From: an uncultured Verrucomicrobiae bacterium
GTDB taxonomy: Bacteria; Verrucomicrobiota; Verrucomicrobiia; Limisphaerales; UBA11358
Length of the DNA stretch: 64,000 bases
Direction of reading: 5' to 3'
NCBI GenBank assembly: GCA_963738225.1
Contig: CAVTVR010000001.1
Coordinates: 7,531 to 71,530 of the forward strand
Below the pieces are notes generated by a model. It made no database searches and was not told where the DNA came from. It saw nothing but the letters and a program-made list of their open reading frames with translations. The translations under genes were made by a program, and so were the position numbers. Below, piece by piece: positions 9,504-20,725 of the stretch. Position 1 is the stretch's first letter, and the number at the start of each line of letters is the position of its first letter.

Positions 9504-10208
9504 CTATGGCGAAAGTCTTTCGATCTTCCAAGTGCCGTCCGACTGCCGTGTGTAATTGAAACGGTCGTGCAAGCGGCTGGGCCGGCCCTGCCAGAATTCA
9601 ATCCGCTGCGGCTGCAAAATAAAACCGCCCCAGTTCGGCGGCAGCGGAATGTCACCCGGAAATTTCTTTTCCAACTCGCGCCACTTCGCTTCGAGCGTCG
9701 CGCGGTCGGGAACAACTGCGCTTTGATCGGACGCCCAGGCCGCCAGCCGGCTGCCGCGCGGACGGCTCTTGAAATAATTTTCAGATTCCGCGACCGACAA
9801 TTTCGTGACGGTTCCCGCCACGCTGACCTGCCGTTCCCAATCCGGCCAGAAAAATGTCAGCGCGGCATTCGGATTTTCCGCCAAGTCGCGTCCCTTGCGG
9901 CTGCCGTAGTTGGTGAAAAAAATGAAGCCGCGTTCGTCCACCGATTTCAAGAGCACCGTGCGCGTCGAAGGTTTTCCGTTTTGGTCCACCGTCGCGAGCG
10001 TCATCGCGTTGATGTCGGCGGGACGATGATTGCGCATGGCGCTCCAGAGGTTGAACAGGGCGATGCCGATTTTTCGCCAGCGGCTTTGCGACTGTTCGCC
10101 GGCGGCGGCGCGGAACCATGCTTCAAACTGTGCGAGCGGATTCGCGTCCAGCGCCGCGCGGTCGAGTGCGCCGCGTTGGTAATCCTCGCGGAAATCAGCC
10201 AGGTTCAT
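9504..10208 (-). CDS. pdxH: Pyridoxamine 5'-phosphate oxidase
   Basis: TRTVLLKSVDERGFIFFTNYGSRKG...YFKSRPRGSRLAAWAS...IEFWQGRPSRLHDRFNYTRQSDGTWKIERLSP aligns end to end with PdxH. Confidence 0.9.
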   Translation of the reverse strand: MNLADFREDYQRGALDRAALDANPLAQFEAWFRAAAGEQSQSRWRKIGIALFNLWSAMRNHRPADINAMTLATVDQNGKPSTRTVLLKSVDERGFIFFTNYGSRKGRDLAENPNAALTFFWPDWERQVSVAGTVTKLSVAESENYFKSRPRGSRLAAWASDQSAVVPDRATLEAKWRELEKKFPGDIPLPPNWGGFILQPQRIEFWQGRPSRLHDRFNYTRQSDGTWKIERLSP

Positions 10209-10209
10209 G

Positions 10210-10764
10210 TCACATCGCGCGGAACGCCGTCAGTCCGAGAATCAAGACGAACGCCGCAAACGTCAACCGAATGCCGCTCAACAGCCGCGTGCGGGACTCG
10301 GTCGCGGTCGCCCAGTTCAGGATGTCGCGCAATTTCCACGGCGTGATGGTGAACCAGATGCCGGCGACAACGAACACGTAGGCCCAGACTTGAATGACTT
10401 CGACGAACGGTGATTGGCCGAGATGCGGCCGCCCGGTGTCCACCATCAATTTCGCCAGCAGCAGCATGACGACGGCTAGGCCGCGCACCGCCAGAAAATC
10501 CTGCACAAAGGTGCATGACAGCACGCCCACCGCGATGAAACCCGCCATCATGTAAGGCTTGAACGCGGAGAAATCCGCGATGGGTTCGTTGTTCACAAGC
10601 CAGACGAACCACGCCGTGCCGAGCAGCATCAGCGCCACGCCGGCGGCGAGGTTGCGCGGAAATTTGCGCGCCACAGCGGCGAGTTGCGCCGGACGGGCGA
10701 GGCCATAGACCTGCGGCAACCCCACGCCGACCCCAAGCAAAATGGACAAAAGCGACAGTTTCAT
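10210..10764 (-). CDS. Integral membrane protein of unknown function
   Basis: 184 aa with about 6 hydrophobic segments. Its stop lies 1 nt from the pdxH start. Confidence 0.55.
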   Translation of the reverse strand: MKLSLLSILLGVGVGLPQVYGLARPAQLAAVARKFPRNLAAGVALMLLGTAWFVWLVNNEPIADFSAFKPYMMAGFIAVGVLSCTFVQDFLAVRGLAVVMLLLAKLMVDTGRPHLGQSPFVEVIQVWAYVFVVAGIWFTITPWKLRDILNWATATESRTRLLSGIRLTFAAFVLILGLTAFRAM

Positions 10765-10929
10765 GTGCGGAAATTAAACCATGAATGGCCACGAATAGAC
10801 ACGAACAAAATCAACTTGTTCAATTTCCGCGCCTGCGCCTTGGGCCGCCTTTCGCTTTGATGGGCAACCGCCTTGAGTCTGCCGCGCGGCCACACTGCCG
10901 CCAGGCCGGTTCGAGGCGTTGCTCCGGAA

Positions 10930-12284
10930 TTAACCCACAAACTTGTAATCGTAAGGCGCGCGTTGTGGCCGGGCAAGGTGGGTGTTGGCTTCTTCCGCGC
11001 CTTCGCCGGTGAACCTTTCCTGGGCCGGATCCCAGGTGTATTTTTTGCCGGCGCGCAAGGCGATGATGATGAGATGGCCGATGACGGCGGAACGGTGGCC
11101 ATCCTCGACTTTTGCAATGGGGTCTTTGCGTGAGCGAACGGCCGCGAAAAAATTTGCCATGTGGTTGCGGCTGACTTCGAGGTGGATCGCATTCTCCGGC
11201 AGCGGCGTGGTGAGAAAATCATTATTGCTGGCGGAGATGCCGTCGCGGTTGACCCAAATCCAGCCGTCGGAGCCGATAAATTTCACGCCGTTGCGCTGGC
11301 CGTCCTGCTTGAGGATTTGGCCAAAGGGACTGTCGTCGAGCGTGGTCTTGACCGTTTGCTTGATGCCCTGTCCCAAGTCAGCGTGGCCTCAAATTCGCTG
11401 GGCGTGGTGAAGCCGCCGGGAATCGGCGGGGTGATCACTGTGGCTTCAACGCCAATCGGCCCATCCTGGCCGATGCCCCAGCGGGCGATGTCGTTGTGAT
11501 GCGCGCCCCAATCGGTGACGGGACCGCCGGCATAATCCCACCACCAGCGGAAGGTGTTGTCGCAGCGCTCGTTCATATATTCCACCTGGGGAGCCTGCCC
11601 GAGCCAGAAATCAAAATTCAAGGTCGGCGGCGCCACTTGGCCGGTCTTGAACGGCCCGGCGCGAAGTCCGGCGGGAACCCACACGTTCACTTCCTGAAGT
11701 TTGCCGATGCGCCCGTTGCGGACGAGTTCGCACGCCAGGCGGAAGCGCCGGTCGCTGCGCTGCTGCGTGCCGGTTTGGAAAACGATTTTGTTGTCGCGCA
11801 CGGCTTTGATGACCTGTTTGCCCTCGTCAATCGTCAGCGTCAGCGGCTTCTCGCCATAAACATCTTTCCTGGCCTTGGCGGCGGCGATGTTGACGAGCGT
11901 GTGCCAGTGATCCGGCGTGCCTTGAACGATGATGTGAATGTCGTCCCGCTCCATGACCTTGCGGAAGTCGGTGTATTTGTCGGGCGTCTTGCCGTCTCTG
12001 GAAAACCGCCGCACGGCTCCGTCGAGATGTTGCTCATTCACATCGCAGACGGCCAGAACTTCGCCGTAGCCGCTGGCATTCATGGCATCGCCGCTTCCCT
12101 GTCCACCGCAACCGATCAACGCGACGCCGGGCCGGTCGTTCGGGCTGGGCTGGGCTGGAGCGTTGGTGACTTCGGCGGCGGCGAGTTCGCGCTGCACAAA
12201 CCACAGCGGCAAACCCGTGGCGGCGGCAGCCAGCGTGCTTTTTTGGAGGAACGAACGACGGGTGATGTGAAACGTTTTTGGCAT
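10930..12284 (-). pseudogene. Tat-signal Gfo/Idh/MocA family oxidoreductase; one frame disruption near 11375
   Basis: Twin-arginine signal ITRRSFLQKSTLAAAATG and Rossmann motif GVALIGCGGQG. ORFs 11283-12284 and 10930-11376 join at ...EATLTW|GQGIKQTVK. Confidence 0.75.
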
Positions 12285-12355
12285 AAATATAAATCGGTGT
12301 GGCTTTAGATTATATCTTCGCCCACTCGTTGTCCATACCCGGCGTAAGGCCGGCG

Positions 12356-12814
12356 TTACGGGTTGCTCAGGCGGAAAAACAATTTTCCCGCCGGCGGTGT
12401 GACGGTGCAGAAGTTGGTGCCAAAACCGTTGGTGACGACAAAGCCGCTCGTCACCCAGCCGCCAGCCAACGCGAGGTTCGCGTTTTGCTGCAACGTGAAA
12501 CTGTTGGTGGCCGGAGCCGGCCAGAGAAGTTTCACGCTGTTCGCGCCGTCAGGGACGATGATTAAATTCGGCACGCCGGGCATTTGCACCACGTTAATGA
12601 GGCTCCAGAAACCGCCGGTCAAAGAATAACTGCCGCCGGTCATCGCGCCGCTGGCGTCCGGCTGGCCGATGGTGCCGGTGACTTGATACGTGCCGCCGGT
12701 GCTGGCGCCGCCGCCGCCGGCGATTTTATACCAGTCAATCGAATAGTTTTGCGAGCAGGCCGCCGCCGCGATGAACAGCAGCATTACCGCCGCGAGTTGC
12801 GCCGGTTTTTTCAT
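12356..12814 (-). CDS. Small secreted protein with F[FY]R-type C-terminal domain
   Basis: Signal peptide MKKPAQLAAVMLLFIAAAACSQ. Motif YSIDWYKIAGGGGASTGGTYQVTGTIGQPDA...GGFW. The C-terminus is ...FCTVTPPAGKLFFRLSNP. Confidence 0.7.
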   Translation of the reverse strand: MKKPAQLAAVMLLFIAAAACSQNYSIDWYKIAGGGGASTGGTYQVTGTIGQPDASGAMTGGSYSLTGGFWSLINVVQMPGVPNLIIVPDGANSVKLLWPAPATNSFTLQQNANLALAGGWVTSGFVVTNGFGTNFCTVTPPAGKLFFRLSNP

Positions 12815-12886
12815 GGCAAGGTTGACGTGGTTTTACAAACCATCACGGGAACTTTCCAAAACTTCCGGGTTTCGTCAAAGACAAAA

Positions 12887-14128
12887 CTACGGCGCGGTGA
12901 TTTTGAAAATTTTTCCGTCCTGCATCAGCGCGTAAATTTCGCCGCCGGCATCTTCGGCGAAGCTGTCAATGTTGTCCGGTTGTTGCAGCAGCGTGCCGTG
13001 CGCGGTGACTTTTTGAGTGGCATAATCATAGCGCAACCCCCAGATCGTGCCGAGATTGTAGTCGCCGTAAATGTAAAGTCCGGCGAGTGCGGGAAACTCC
13101 TTGCCGCGATAAACATAACCGCCGATGACGCACAGCCCGATGCTGTGGTCCGGGAACATTGCTTCCGGCTGGAGCTTCGGACGATGCGGATACTCGATGA
13201 CCGGTTCGGCGTATTTTGCGCCGGCGGGACCGTTCTTGAAATGATGCAGGCCTTCGCGGATGCTCCAGCCGTAGTTGCCGCCGTTGGTGACAACATCAAC
13301 CTCTTCCCACAAATCCTGGCCCACGTCGCCGACCCACAGCGCGCCGGTCCGGCGGTCAAAGCTGTAGCGCCACGGGTTGCGCAGACCGAAGGCGAAAATT
13401 TCGGGACGCGCATTCGTGTCGGTGACAAACGGATTGTTGCGCGGGATGCCGTAGCTTAATTCATGCGCCCGGTCGCCATCGCCAACTTTCGCGCGCGAGT
13501 TGACGTCAATCCGCAGCATTTTGGCGAGCAGCCGGGAAAGGTTCTGACCGCTGTTATACGGGTCGCCACCGGCGCCGCCGTCGCCGAGACCGAGATAAAG
13601 ATACCCGTCCGGGCCGAAGGCGAGTTCGCCGCCCTTGTGGTTGCCGAAAGGTTGCGGCACTTGCAGAATAATGCGCTCGGATTTCAAGTCGGCCTGGTCG
13701 GGATCGCTGGCGGAAACCTTGAACTCGCTGACAATGCTCAAAAAGGGAAACTTCGGCTGGGTGTTCTCGCCGCCGGGATTCTTCTGGTTGTAATAGACGT
13801 AGAACAAATGATTCTTCTTGAAGCGCGGGTGAAAGGCGATGCTCAGGAGGCCGCATTCATTTTGGCCGCCGGCTTTCGGGTCGCGGGCTTCGATGTTGAG
13901 AAATTCCTTCGCGTCGCCGCCGTCGGAACCTTTTTTGACGATCAGGATTTTTCCCGTCTGATAGACGACAAACAGTCGTCCCGAACCGTCCGGCGCCTCG
14001 CTCATCCAGACCGGACGCTCGTCCGTCAGCTTGGGAAAAACGGGTTGCAGTTTGATTGGCGGCAGGGATTGCGCCGAGACCGCGAGGCCGAGGCAAAACA
14101 TGGCGGCGAGGAAGATGGTTCGTTTCAT
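12887..14128 (-). CDS. PQQ-dependent sugar (glucose/sorbosone) dehydrogenase family protein
   Basis: GLLSIAFHPRF...NHKGGELAFGPDGYLYLGLGDGG...FAFGLRNPWRYSFD...GDVGQDLWEEVD...GGNYGW. The start is taken at MKRTIFLAAMF (signal peptide). The ORF is open up to 14200. Confidence 0.8.
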   Translation of the reverse strand: MKRTIFLAAMFCLGLAVSAQSLPPIKLQPVFPKLTDERPVWMSEAPDGSGRLFVVYQTGKILIVKKGSDGGDAKEFLNIEARDPKAGGQNECGLLSIAFHPRFKKNHLFYVYYNQKNPGGENTQPKFPFLSIVSEFKVSASDPDQADLKSERIILQVPQPFGNHKGGELAFGPDGYLYLGLGDGGAGGDPYNSGQNLSRLLAKMLRIDVNSRAKVGDGDRAHELSYGIPRNNPFVTDTNARPEIFAFGLRNPWRYSFDRRTGALWVGDVGQDLWEEVDVVTNGGNYGWSIREGLHHFKNGPAGAKYAEPVIEYPHRPKLQPEAMFPDHSIGLCVIGGYVYRGKEFPALAGLYIYGDYNLGTIWGLRYDYATQKVTAHGTLLQQPDNIDSFAEDAGGEIYALMQDGKIFKITAP

Positions 14129-14308
14129 AAAATGGCGGATGGCTTTCAAGGCTGGTTGAACCGTGCGGTTTTTACCAATCAGTTTTTCATATTGGGACAT
14201 CAGGGAAACTTTTACTCCATTTTCCGCCGGAAGGGAAATGAAAATTTTCGATTTTCAGTCCGTTCTTTCTTAAACCGCCGGGTTTGCTAGGCTGGCTGTC
14301 ACGAAAAT

Positions 14309-15589
14309 TTGAAATCGCTCATCCAGACCCGCGACACGCGCTCCATCCGCGTCTTCCTCATCGGCGTGGAACTCAAATCCCGCACCGCCGCCGACGTGCG
14401 CGAATCCCTCGCCGAACTTGAAGAACTCGCACAGACCGCCGGCACACAGATCATCGGCGAGGGCGTGCAAAAAATGGCCGCGCCCGTCGCCGCCACCTAC
14501 ATCGGCGCCGGGCAAGGCGGAGGAATTTGCCAGGCAGTGCAAGGAAAACGACGTGGACACGGTCATTTTTGACGATGAACTTTCGCCGGCGCAGACGCGC
14601 AATTTGGAGAAAATTTTCGGCTGCAAAATCATGGATCGCACCGCGCTGATCCTGGAAATTTTCGGCCAGCGCGCCCGCACGCGCGAGGGCAAGTTGCAGA
14701 TCGAGCACGCGCAGTTGAAATATCTGCTGCCGCGCCTCACGCGGTTCTGGTCGCACTTGTCACGCCAGCGCGGTTCCACCGGCTCCATCGGCGGCGAAGG
14801 CGAATCGCAGCTCGAAGCCGACCGCCGGAAAATCTCCGAGCGCATCGAAAAAATTTCCAGTGAACTCGACAAAGTCCGCTCGCCAGCGCGAGACGCAGCG
14901 CGCCGGCCGCCAGCGCAGCCACTGGCCGCTCGCGTCCATCGTCGGCTACACGAACGCGGGCAAATCCACTTTGCTCAACCGGCTGACCGGCGCGGCGGTT
15001 TTGGCGGAGGACAAATTATTCGCCACGCTCGACCCGACCACGCGGCGCTTGAAATTGCCGACGAACCAAAATGTTTTGCTCACCGACACCGTGGGCTTCA
15101 TCAAAAAATTGCCGCACGGATTGGTCGAGGCGTTCAAGGCCACGCTCGAAGAAGTGGTGCAGGCGGATTTGCTGGTGCATGTCGTGGACATCAGCCATCC
15201 GCAGGCGGAGGAGCAGATTGACGCCGTGAACGCCGTGCTGCTGGAAATCGGCGCGGCGGAAAAGCCGGTGCTGATGGTGTTCAACAAGATTGACCAGCTC
15301 GCCGGCGGCATCGCGCCGCTGATGCGCGAAAAATATCCGCACGCCGTTTCCATTTCCGCGCAAGACCGGCGAAGGCATCGAGCCGCTGCTGGCGGAAATC
15401 GGCACGCAGCTCCGGCCCATCCGCGAATTTCTGGATTTGCGCGTGCCGCAGGAAAAGGCCGCCGTCATTGCGCGGATTCACGCCGTCGGGCAGGTGGTGG
15501 AAAGCCGTTACTCGGGAAAAAATGCGCGGTTCAAAGTCCGCATCCCGCCGCATCTGCACGAGGAATTTGCGCCGTTCGTGGTGGAGTGA
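14309..15589 (+). pseudogene. hflX: GTPase HflX; three frame disruptions (near 14510, 14880 and 15365)
   Basis: TTG start. G motifs are [17 protein letters not shown] and NKID. The frames run 2>0>1>2. At 14505-14520, gccgggcaagg reads as IGAGKAEEF only if one g is removed. Confidence 0.85.
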
Positions 15590-15773
15590 GTTTTCTTTTT
15601 CGCGCGCACGGACCGCATCGCGATGAACAAAAATCTCGCCGGGATGCAGAATGAGCGTTAGCTTCTGCCACGTTCCTGATCAAACAAAATGCCGGACAAC
15701 GTTTCGGACGCTTGGTTTAAAAGCACTCATTTGGATTCCGAAGTTGAGCCTGTCATTCAAAACGAAGCAATGT

Positions 15774-17806
15774 ATGAACAACAGAAATTCCAATAAGAAC
15801 TTCCACTTCCTGGGTTTGTTTGCAGCACTGACCGCGCTGCTCGCAGTCGCCGGCTGCGCACATGTTGGTCACGATGGCGCTGCCCAGGCGCGAAGCGAAA
15901 TGTCCAGCGGCCAAGCGACGGTCAAGTCGCCGGATGGCACGATTGAAATGACGATTCATGCCAACGGCGCGTTGACTTACTCCGTGTCCGTGGATGGCCG
16001 GCCGGTTCTGGCCGATTCCAAGCTGGGGTTGAAGTTCAAGGACGGCATGACGCTGGGAGCCGACGCCCGGCTGGCCAGAGTGGAGCGGAGCCGGACCGAC
16101 ACAACCTGGGAAAACAGGCTGGGCAAGCGCCGGATCGTGCGCGACAAACACAACGAACTGCGGGCGTTTTTCGTGGAGTCGTCGGGCCGTCCGTTTGAAA
16201 TTGTGGTGCGGGCATTCGACGATGGCATCGGTTTTCGTTACGTTTTGCCAAAGGCGCCGTCGGCCAACAACCAGGACTTCGTGCTGGAAGAGGAATTAAC
16301 CCAATTCTCATTCCCCGGAAATTACCTTTGTTATGCGGGCAAGAATGAAAACACAGGCACGCCTGGAAATCCGGTTGGCTATGTCGGTTCGCAGGAATCG
16401 GAATACCTGCCCATGCACTTGGACGATCTGCCGACCGATCAGGTTCGGATGGTGCCGCTGCTAGTGCGGACGCCCGCAGCCTGGGTGGCGATCACCGAGA
16501 GCGACTTGTATGATTGGGCCGGGATGTGGGTGAACCGCGCCGCCAACGCCGGCACGACGGCCGCCGTCACCGTTGCCGCCCGGCTTTCGCCGCGACCGGA
16601 TGGCCAGGGACTGGTCAAGTCCGACGTTCCCGCGTCAATCGCCGTGGCGCACGCTCATCATCGCGCGTCAGCCCGGCCAGCTTATCGAAAGCGATCTGGT
16701 GCTCAACCTGGCCTCTCCCTGCGTGCTGGCGGACACATCCTATGTCAAACCCGGAATCGCTTCCTGGGATTGGTGGTCCCAGGTTAGCCGAGCCCGGCAC
16801 CGCCACTTACAAGGAGTTCATCCAGTTTTCCGCCGACATGGGCTGGCCCTATTTCTTGTTGGACGCGGGCTGGAGTGGCCATGACAACATCCTTCAAGCC
16901 AGCCCGCGCGTGAACCTGCCTGAAGTGCTGGCGTTCGCCAAAGAGAAGAACGTGCGGCTCTGGCTTTGGATGCATTGGACTTCCGTGGACCGTGACGACG
17001 CCTACCTCAAGGCGTTTCCACTTTATGAAAAATGGGGCATTGCCGGCGTGAAAATTGATTTCATGAACCGTGACGACCAGGACATGGTCAACTGGTATGA
17101 GAAGATCGTCAAGGCCGCCGCCGCGCATCATTTGATGGTCAATTTCCACGGCGCGTTCAAACCCACCGGCATGATCCGCACCTATCCCAACCAGATCACC
17201 CGCGAAGGCGTCCTCGGCAATGAATATAACCGCTGGTCCGCGCGCGTGACACCGGAGCATAAAACAACTTTGCCGTTCACGCGCTTTCTGGCCGGACCCG
17301 GCGACTTCACTCCCGGCGGCTTTCTCAATACGCAGCTCGATCAATTCCAGTTCGGCGTCCGGCCCACGCAGGTGCAAGGCACGCGCTGCGCGGAACTCGC
17401 CTTGTTCGTCTGCCTGGAAAGCCCGATCATCAACGCGTGCGACCATCCCAGCCACTACCGGGACCAGCCCGGACTCGACTTCCTGAAAATCGTTCCCACC
17501 GTCTGGGACGACACGCGGGTTCTCGATGGCGCGGTCGGCGAACACTTGGTCATCGCCCGACGCAACGGCAACCGGTGGTTTCTGGGAGCGCTCACGGACC
17601 GGAATTCCCGCGACATTCCGGTGAAGCTCGATTTCCTCGGCCCCGGTTCATGGACGCTCAAACTTTGGAAAGACGCACCGGACAGCGACACTGTTGGCGA
17701 ACACCTGGCAACCGAGCAGCGAACCGTGACGGCGGCGGACGCATTGACGCTGCATCTGGCCCGCGCAGGCGGGGCCGTGGCCTGCTTCGAACCGGCCGCG
17801 CGCTAA
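15774..17806 (+). pseudogene. Glycoside hydrolase family 97 (alpha-glucosidase-like); two frame disruptions (near 16630 and 16780)
   Basis: Lipoprotein-like N-terminus ...LLAVAGC. Motifs KIDFMNRDDQDMVNWYEKI, NFHGAFKPTG and TREGVLGNEYNRW. The pieces are ORFs 15651-16787, 16573-16884 and 16514-17806. Confidence 0.8.
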
Positions 17807-17821
17807 TCGGCAAACGGTTCG

Positions 17822-20145
17822 TCAAATCTTTTCCGACCTGATCGTTTTCAACTCGCCGTTGACGCGGATTTTCACTTCGTGCCGCTTGTCCGAGGCGATC
17901 CGATACGACGAGACTTTCCCGTCTTTCCATGTGATATCAACGGTGAATCCGCCGCGCGCACGGAGACCATTAACGCTGCCGTTCGGCCACGAGGAAGGAA
18001 GCGCGGGCAGCAACTCGATCTCGCCGGCTTGGGATTGCAACAGCATCTCGCAGATGGCGGAAGTGCCGCCAAAGTTGCCGTCAATCTGGAACGGCGGATG
18101 CGCGTCAAACATGTTGGGATACGTCCGCTCCGGCGTGAACAGCAGCTTCATGACTTTGTAGGCGTGATCGCCGTCCAGCAAGCGCGCCCACAGGTTGATG
18201 CGCCAGCCAATCGCCCAGCCGGTCGCCATGTCGCCGCGAATTTCAAGCGATTTTTTAGCCGCCGCGGCAAGTTCGGGCGTCGCGCGCGGAGAAATTTGCG
18301 CGCTGGGGAAAAGGCCGTAGAGATGCGAGACGTGGCGATGTTGCTGATCGGGTGCCTCCATGTCCCAATCATCGAGCCATTCCTGCAACTGGCCCGCCTT
18401 GCCGATTTGACTCGGCGCCAGCCGCGCGCGCGCGGCGGCGAGCTTTGCGCGCTGAAATCCGCGTCCACGCCCAGAATCGCTGACGGCCTGAATGCAGTTG
18501 CCGAACAGGTCGCGGATGATCTGCTCATCCATCGTCGGGCCGGCGCAGACGGAACCGCCGAATGGATTGCTGTGCTCCGGCGAGGCCGACAGGCGAGGTG
18601 ACCAGCCAATGGTGTTTCGGCTCCTCGACCAGCGAATCCAGGAAAAATTGCGCCGCGCCTTTCATCGCCGGATAAATGCGCTTCAAGAATGCCTTGTCGC
18701 CGGTGAACTGGTAATGCTCCCACAGATTTTGCAGCAGCCACGCGCCGCCGGTCGGCCAGTGTCCCCACGGCCCGTCAATCGGCGCTGCCGCGCGCCAGAG
18801 ATCGGTGTTGTGATGCGCCACCCAGCCGCCCGCGTTCCAATGCATCGTGCGCGGTTTGCGCGTTCCAGTTTCGGTCAGGTCGAGCACCATCGCAGGCCAG
18901 CGGCTCAATGCATTCGCCCAGATTGGCGGTCTCAGCGGGCCAGTAGTTCATTTCCGTGTTGATGTTGATCGTGTATTTGCTGCCCCACGGCGGCTCCATG
19001 CTTTCGTTCCAGAGTCCCTGCAAATTCGCCGGCTGCCCGCCGGGCCGCGAGCGGACGATCAGCAGATAACGGCCAAACTGGAAGTAGAGCGCGGCGAAAT
19101 TGCGGGTCGTCGCCCGTCGCGAAATTCTTGATGCGTTCGTCGGTCGGCAGCTTCATCGCTTCAGTCGTTCCCAGATCGAGCGAGCAGCGCCGGAACAGCC
19201 GCTGGTGTTCCGCGATGTGCGTGCGGCGAAGTTTGTCGAACGATTTTTTTTCCGCGGCTTGGCGATGTAAGCCTTCGCGAGCGCGTCGGGATCGCCGCTC
19301 ACGTCCTTGTAATTTTTATAGCTGGTCGCCGCCGCGATGAGCAGCGTCGCCTCGTCGGCGCCGGAAACGCTGATTTGGTTTGTCTGCGATTCGATTTTGC
19401 CGCCGGAAGTTATCACCAGAACCCGGCACTGGAATTTCAACTTGCCTGCGATGCCATCCGCTTTTCCATTCACGCCGTCCATCACGAGCGTATGGTTGTC
19501 CGTTGAGACCGTCGCCTTCTGCGGCGTGCGCATTCCGGCGGTAAAGGAAATTTTGCCGGGCTGGTCCGCAGTGAGGTGGACGACGATGACCTGGTCAACC
19601 GGACTCGCGAACGCTTCGCGCGCGTATTTCACGCCGTCAATCGTGTAGGTCACGCTGCTGATCGCGGTGTCGAGATTCAGGTCGCGGCGATAATCGGCGA
19701 CGGCCTGCGCTTTGGGGAAATCGAGCAGCAAATCGCCAACCGGTTCATACGGCATCTGGCCGCGCGGTTTGGCGATCATTTTTGAATTGACGAGCCGGTC
19801 CGCCTCTTTAAACTTGCCCTCGTTGATCAGCCGCCGCGCTTCCGGCAATGCCGCCGTCGCGTTTGGATTGTTTGGATCGTAGGGGCCGCCGGCCCAAAGT
19901 GTGTCCTCGTTCAGTTGCAGCCGTTCCTGATTCACACGGCCAAAAACCATCGCGCCAAGACGCCCGCTGCCGATCGGCAGCGCCTCAGTCCAGGCGACCG
20001 CAGGGCGGCGATACCACAAACTCAACGGCTCCGCTGGCGCTTGCGATTCGCCGGTGAACTGCAAGCCAGCGTCGGCATAACTCTCGCCGCGCGCTGCGAA
20101 CGTGGCGGCCACGAGGAACAGACAAAGCAATGATTTAATTTTCAT
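17822..20145 (-). pseudogene. Glycoside hydrolase family 95 (alpha-L-fucosidase-like); four frame disruptions (near 19255, 19093, 18895 and 18598)
   Basis: [83 protein letters not shown]. The gene is spread over five ORF pieces. Confidence 0.85.
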
Positions 20146-20269
20146 GACATTTTCTCCGTAAGCGGAATGGATTTTTTGATTCTACCCCGTTTGAAAACCC
20201 GCACGCGAGAAAAATTCGATAAACGCGGAGGTCGCCGCGAAACCAGTGACTGACCGTTTTCACACCGGA

Positions 20270-20530
20270 TTACTTGCCGGGAATTTTTTTTAGACCGACC
20301 TCATGGGCAATGTCGTCGAACTCCTCGCGGCTCACGTCGTCGAGGCGTTTGCCGCGCTCCTGGAGTTTTTCGTTGATCTTGATGGCCTGCTCGGTCATCC
20401 GGTCGTGCGTCTCCTGCGTGCCGCCGACGAGCGCGAAATTGGGCCCGGTGGTGATGCGCTTGTGGCCGTCGGAATCCAGGCCGACGCCGAACAGCGCGGC
20501 CTTGCGTTTAATTCTTTTGGCGTTTGCCAT
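20270..20530 (-). CDS. Small conserved hypothetical protein
   Basis: MANAKRIKRKAALFGVGLDSDGHKRITTGPNFALVGGTQETHDRMTEQ..., 86 aa. I recognise no family. The ORF is open up to 20590. Confidence 0.5.
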   Translation of the reverse strand: MANAKRIKRKAALFGVGLDSDGHKRITTGPNFALVGGTQETHDRMTEQAIKINEKLQERGKRLDDVSREEFDDIAHEVGLKKIPGK

Positions 20531-20596
20531 CGGCAAAACGTAAAGGCCATCAGCAGACGGGTCAAGAACGGCGCGGAAATTTCGCTGCACCCATTC

Positions 20597-20640
20597 ACTT
20601 CGCCGTCACGACGACGTAATTCTTTTTGCCTTTGCGGAGG
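20597..20640. repeat. Displaced copy of the tyrS 3' terminus
   Basis: ttcgccgtcacgacgacgtaattctttttgcctttgcggag matches ttcgccgtcacgatgacgtaattttttttgcctttgcggag at 21424-21465, with only a few differences. The latter encodes ...LRKGKKNYVIVTAK*. Confidence 0.8.
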
Positions 20641-20725
20641 TGTGGACGGACAAAGGTATCAACGCGCTTGGTTATTTAAGAGGATATTCTTGGCGGCTGA
20701 CCTAAGATATGCTACAAATTCAGAA

